DNA of 38,785 nucleotides from Octopus bimaculoides (taxonomy: Eukaryota), in assembly GCF_001194135.2 (NCBI RefSeq), contig NC_068997.1, forward strand, positions 32,623,596 to 32,662,380. Reading direction: 5' to 3'. Both the position numbers and the translations under genes were made by a program. Shown here one piece after another: positions 34,123 through 38,785 of the stretch; position 1 is the stretch's first letter, and each line of letters starts with the position of its first letter. The notes below the pieces were generated by a model that saw only the letters and a list, made by a program, of their open reading frames with translations, was not told the DNA's origin and did no database searches.

Positions 34123-35269
34123 GATCCCACAACCAAATTTCTCTTATTGTCCGTTACCAGTTTTACTTATCATCGCCTATGAGAGAAGTTGTCTGTGTAG
34201 TAAACTTTTTTTTTCACTCGCTTCTTCACTGCTTTACACGAAAAAGAGAGAAATAAAAGAAAAAAATGGAATTACCCAATTCACTTACCTTCCTTATTTA
34301 GTGAGATTATTATTTGTCATGGATGCTTGTAATAACAGTTAACCAAATTGTACTGTCGCAGGCATGAAATAAGAAGGACAGTGACATTAAAACTGTCTGG
34401 CGCAACCGCTATGATAAATATATAGTAATGTGCTGATGAAAGTATATTTAATGATGAAGAAATAGTCAACCGAGCTGGGAAGTTTTATTCTTTTCAGTTA
34501 CATCCACAGGAATATAATTCAGACTACAGCTTAGATTTTAATATCAAATAGCTGAAACAATGCAAACTTATCAACGTGTTATCCTGTCAAAATAGTAAAG
34601 TTGTCCGGCATAAACTGCATCGATGTCCCTGTATAGGCTACACTTATTATTAATGATGGTGAGTAATATTTATTGTTTTTTTGTTGTTGTTTTCAATTTT
34701 CCTTCATAGCATAAGCACGAGGGAATAGTTTTAAGTTGTGACGAGACAGGGTCAGTCGAAAATGAATACAGTGTATCGCTAGACTTAGCATTCAATACAT
34801 TTTATCCATCTATCATCATGAAAATTTGATGAATACTGAAGCAATTACTAAATGTGGTTATTTAAGACTACTGATGGATGTCATGTACCAATATAATTGA
34901 TGGTTCAATCCATTCGGGATTTTCCTCAACAGTTGATGCACAAGACGAGAATTGCTGCATCACAACACTTACATGTCTCCCCCATCCCTCCTCCCTCCCT
35001 CCACTCATGGACCGGTGTCAAGAACAGGAATATAACCGGTAATAATAAATAAGCTTGTGTATCACGAATAAATGAGAAATATGTTTAGGAGTGAACTCTT
35101 ATTTTCAAAACACGAAGCAGATTTTACGAATTTGCACTTGGTGTTCTTGCTAAATTTAGACTGTCACAAGAATCAACGTGGATTTTTATTTATTTATTTA
35201 TTTATTTATTGTCTTTGACGGAAAACAAGATGAGTAGTGATTGGGACGAAAAATAAATTCTGAAACAAT

Positions 35270-35306
<37 letters not shown>

Positions 35307-35623
35307 ACATCGGCCATATGATCCTACGGCTCAGAGAGAACCTTTGATCGTTTTATATATNNNNNNNNNNNNNNNNATATATATATATATATACACAGGC
35401 ATTCCATCTGTTATGTTCACTCCAGGTTACAGGATTTCACGCTTACGCTAACTCATATTGCGTAGCTTTAAATTAATAACAATTTAAAACTATACTTGCC
35501 TCTTAGCTCAATGGCCACTTGCGTTTTAGTTAAGTATATAGCTAACGATTTGGAAAACTATCATCACATTACACACATAAATGCACACATAAATGCACAC
35601 ATATGCATATTTGTATTTATAAT

Positions 35624-35659
<36 letters not shown>

Positions 35660-35662
<3 letters not shown>

Positions 35663-35790
35663 ATTCAAGTTTACAGAAAACAAAATACGAAGATAGGTGA
35701 GGAAACAACAAGCATGCATATTAGTTTGACGCTCGGGAAGAATGAAAAAGTATTTGACATTTCGAGCCTACGCTCTTCGACAGAAAAGAT
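35660..35790 (-). ncRNA. Short repeat with CUGUCGA hammerhead-like motif, copy 2
   Basis: Minus strand atctttt CTGTCGA a gagc-gtag-gctc GAAA t GTC aaatact, then gagcgtcaaacta...gcttgttgtttcctcacct shared with copy 1. Confidence 0.5.
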
Positions 35791-35848
35791 TGAAAAGAAA
35801 ACAACAGAGAGAAAAAATGTGTAGGGATTAACGGTTCTACACGATGAA

Positions 35849-35882
<34 letters not shown>

Positions 35883-36222
35883 TTAGTGTGTGTGTGTGAG
35901 AGAGAGTTAGTGTGTGTGTATGTATGTGTACATATTTTTTTCTATCCTCAACGCGAACAAAACCAGCAACAGCAACAGTAATCTATAACATTAAATAGAT
36001 ACGCAAAAGCCATTTCAAATAAAAACAAATAATGTGTATCCTAGAGTATTTTGTAAGTTAAATGAAACGTCTTTGATCTTAGGTTTTTGAAGATTGACTT
36101 GAGACCAAACAGCCACAACAATACAGTTAGCAAGAACAAAATAACTACTGTAAATCCAACAATACCTACCCACCATCACTCACACCTAAACCGATACAAC
36201 CCGCATTATCCCCAACAATCCG

Positions 36223-36910
36223 ATGAATCTTCTTTTAGACAATGCACCAAGTCACACAGCAAATTTAGATGAACTTTTTGATAATGTGAGAGTAGAACAT
36301 ATCGCCAAGAATACAACGGCTTTGGTCCATCCTATGGATCAAGTTGTGACAGCTAACTTCATGGTATATAATATGAGAACTGCCAAACAATTTATGAAAG
36401 TAACTAATAGGGACGATAAATATACAGTTAGAGATTTCTGGAATAAATTCAACATAATGGATGCTGTGAATAATCTAGTTGAATTATGGTATGAAGTGAA
36501 AACGTCATAGTGTTTGGAAAAGTATATCGTTGGACTGTATCCGTGAAATTACAAGTTTTTCTCAAGCAGACAGTCTACATCAAATTCGAAAAGATATTCT
36601 GAAACTTGCAATGGATGCGGAATTTGAAGAAGTCATAGAGGATGATGTGATTGAGTTGCTAGTGTCCCGGAAAGAAAGTTTATCTAACAAGGAGCTGATT
36701 CTTTTAGAAAAAGAGCAAACTGAGAATACAGATGAGCCACATAAACTGACTACAAAACTGACTGACAAATGGTTGCCGCTTATAGAGGAATGTCTGCAGG
36801 ATTTTGCTGACAGTGATCCTAATCGTGAACGTAGCTTAAACATTACAGGAGGAGTTTACAACGAGCTCAGTTTCTATACCGAATTGTACAAAGAGATTAT
36901 GTGCTCCCCC
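36223..36910 (+). pseudogene. Tigger/pogo transposase fragment (DD32D catalytic C-terminal part), different subfamily from 2537-4140
   Basis: LLLDNAPSH...KNTTALVHPMDQVV (32-residue spacing), FWNKFNIMDAV, acidic tail EEVIEDDVIELL...LSNKELI. Confidence 0.85.
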
Positions 36911-37247
36911 CCCCCCCNNNNNNNNNNNNNCCCGGCCAAAGTCCATAGGGACGCAATCTCACTTGATAATATGAGTATCAAGGCAAATCGGAAATAAAAA
37001 TATAAAGAAAAACGACAAAAGTCAAGAGGACGTACACAGCAAATATATTAGGCTGACACTCAGTTTAAAATATAAAAAAGTGGTGGGGTGACGTACCAAG
37101 AAGGAAGAGAAAAGAAAGGTCCGGAAACAAGGAAAAGAGTCTAAAAAAAACACTATGTCGTTACATGTCTGATGTATATATATATTCTCCCTTTCTTTTC
37201 TCTCTCGTTTTTTTTTTTTTTTCGTTCTCTCTCCATTTTTTCCTCTC

Positions 37248-37290
37248 ACTCCTTTCTGTCGAAGAGCGGAGGCTCGAAACGTCAGAGACT
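37248..37290 (+). ncRNA. CUGUCGA hammerhead-like motif, copy 3
   Basis: actccttt CTGTCGA a gagc-ggag-gctc GAAA c GTC agagact. Confidence 0.55.
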
Positions 37291-38124
37291 GTTCCATTCT
37301 TCCCTAAAATCAGAGGTGCTTCAGTCGTAACCATCCTATCTTTTTCAGAATGGTATTATCTAATGCATCCTTTCTATTTTACGGTTTATTTTGAAAGAGA
37401 ATTTGATTGATATCTCTGGTAAATCGAAGATTTGCGTAGAGAATGCCTCTACGCTTTTCGTTGGTTCGAAGATGTTCCACTCTATCGATTGTCAACTTCA
37501 AATTTCCCATAAACAGAGAACCGTCAAAACATGATGCACAGGAAACTTCATTATATTCTCTTTAAACACTATGACAACGAGCACAGCCACAACACACCTC
37601 AATAAAATAACTCCAATCCATCAATATATACTGCGCTATTCATAAAGACACGGTTCTAACCATCATTCTCTACAAAAATGTCAGATTTAACAATTTCATG
37701 GAGATTATCCATATTTCTCGCAGCATTTTAAAAGAAGAAATGCAAAACAGTAAAATTCATTCCAGATTTAAACAGATGTTAACCGCACTTTGGACCATGA
37801 AACATTAAGAATTGGTGGGTAATAACTGAAAAATCCAACACACATGGATCACAAGTAATGCATAGATTTCACTTGCTATCTCCATTTACCATTCGTGTGC
37901 GTATGTGAGCGCATGTGTGTGCGTGCGTGCGTGCGTGTGCGCGTACGTCTGTGTGATTGAAGTTCCACGACCTGGAAAGAAACCACTAACCACTTTCTGG
38001 TACTAAACTTTATCAAACCCACAAAATAATCCTGGATATCGTGATCATTTCTAGCATATGAATTGAAGTTTGGCATTCTCTCCACCAAACCCCAAGTTCA
38101 GCCATACTTTGCTCCAGCATTTGA

Positions 38125-38200
38125 ATGTATGTATGTATGTATGTAGGTAGGTAGGTAGGTAGGTAGGTAGGTAGGTAGGTAGGTAGGTAGGTAGGTAGGT
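38125..38200. repeat. (GTAT)n/(GGTA)n microsatellite
   Basis: Direct reading. Confidence 0.95.
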
Positions 38201-38604
38201 ATTATCTGGTTCTGCATATATTTCTCTTTATGAATGCATATATGCAATTATGCCAGTATGTGCCGGAATATATATATCTGTGTGTGTGTGTATATGTAAA
38301 TGTATTTAAGAAGTTACTTATGTATATATATATATGATTGTATTTATGTATATTTATGTATATAGCACACATGCTACCAATTGCCACCAAGCAATTGGTT
38401 TGCCCTCTCTCGACATGGAGATAATTAGATAATTTCAATTTGTCTTCTGTGTCATTTGATATACCTCCATTAGTCTACATTGTTCAAGCAAATGTCACTA
38501 GCCATCTTGGTCTATATCTCTTAGATCCTTTCCGTTTCATTTATACATTGTACGTGGACTATATCTCTCTCCTCTGCTGAACAGAAGATAGGACAAATGC
38601 TGTT

Positions 38605-38635
38605 CTGATGACGCTTACTTTCGCTGAAACATGTC
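38605..38635 (+). ncRNA. Degenerate hammerhead-like motif
   Basis: CTGATGA cgcttactttcgct GAAA catg TC. Core boxes and palindromic acatgt stem III with GUC are present; stem II has only 2 bp and no type-I stem I forms. Confidence 0.3.
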
Positions 38636-38785
38636 TTTCTTTCAGTCTTCTCCCCGGACTCTCAGACGATTTCTTTAACGACATGTCAACTTTGAAGAAT
38701 TCTTGATTTGGGGTTGGATCCAATTGCCTTAACTCAATTAAATTATCTTGTATCGTATTATATATATATATATATATATATATAT

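Noticed and set aside
34433-34470. CTGATGA...GAAATAGTC
   Set aside because: Neither stem I nor stem II can pair.

Overview
AT-rich eukaryotic DNA packed with microsatellites and with 9 N-gaps, most next to simple repeats. The SINE families look like those I recall from Octopus; that assignment is not search-verified. No intact host protein-coding gene, rRNA, true tRNA gene or CRISPR array is supported. Most listed ORFs are microsatellite or N artefacts. The recognisable coding content is decayed transposons: two Tigger/pogo DD32D copies, a Tc1 DD34E copy, a Chapaev-type transposase, a near full-length RTE LINE with extra C2H2 fingers, and the 5' part of another LINE (CCCH finger plus APE endonuclease). 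There are also several tRNA-derived SINE families and MITEs. The most interesting layer, invisible in the ORF track, is seven type-I hammerhead-ribozyme-like motifs from about five unrelated sequence contexts. One has a canonical core and a 94-nt fold-back stem II (21343-21478). A three-copy family has a non-canonical CUGUCGA core. All folds were paired by eye, and self-cleavage is untested.
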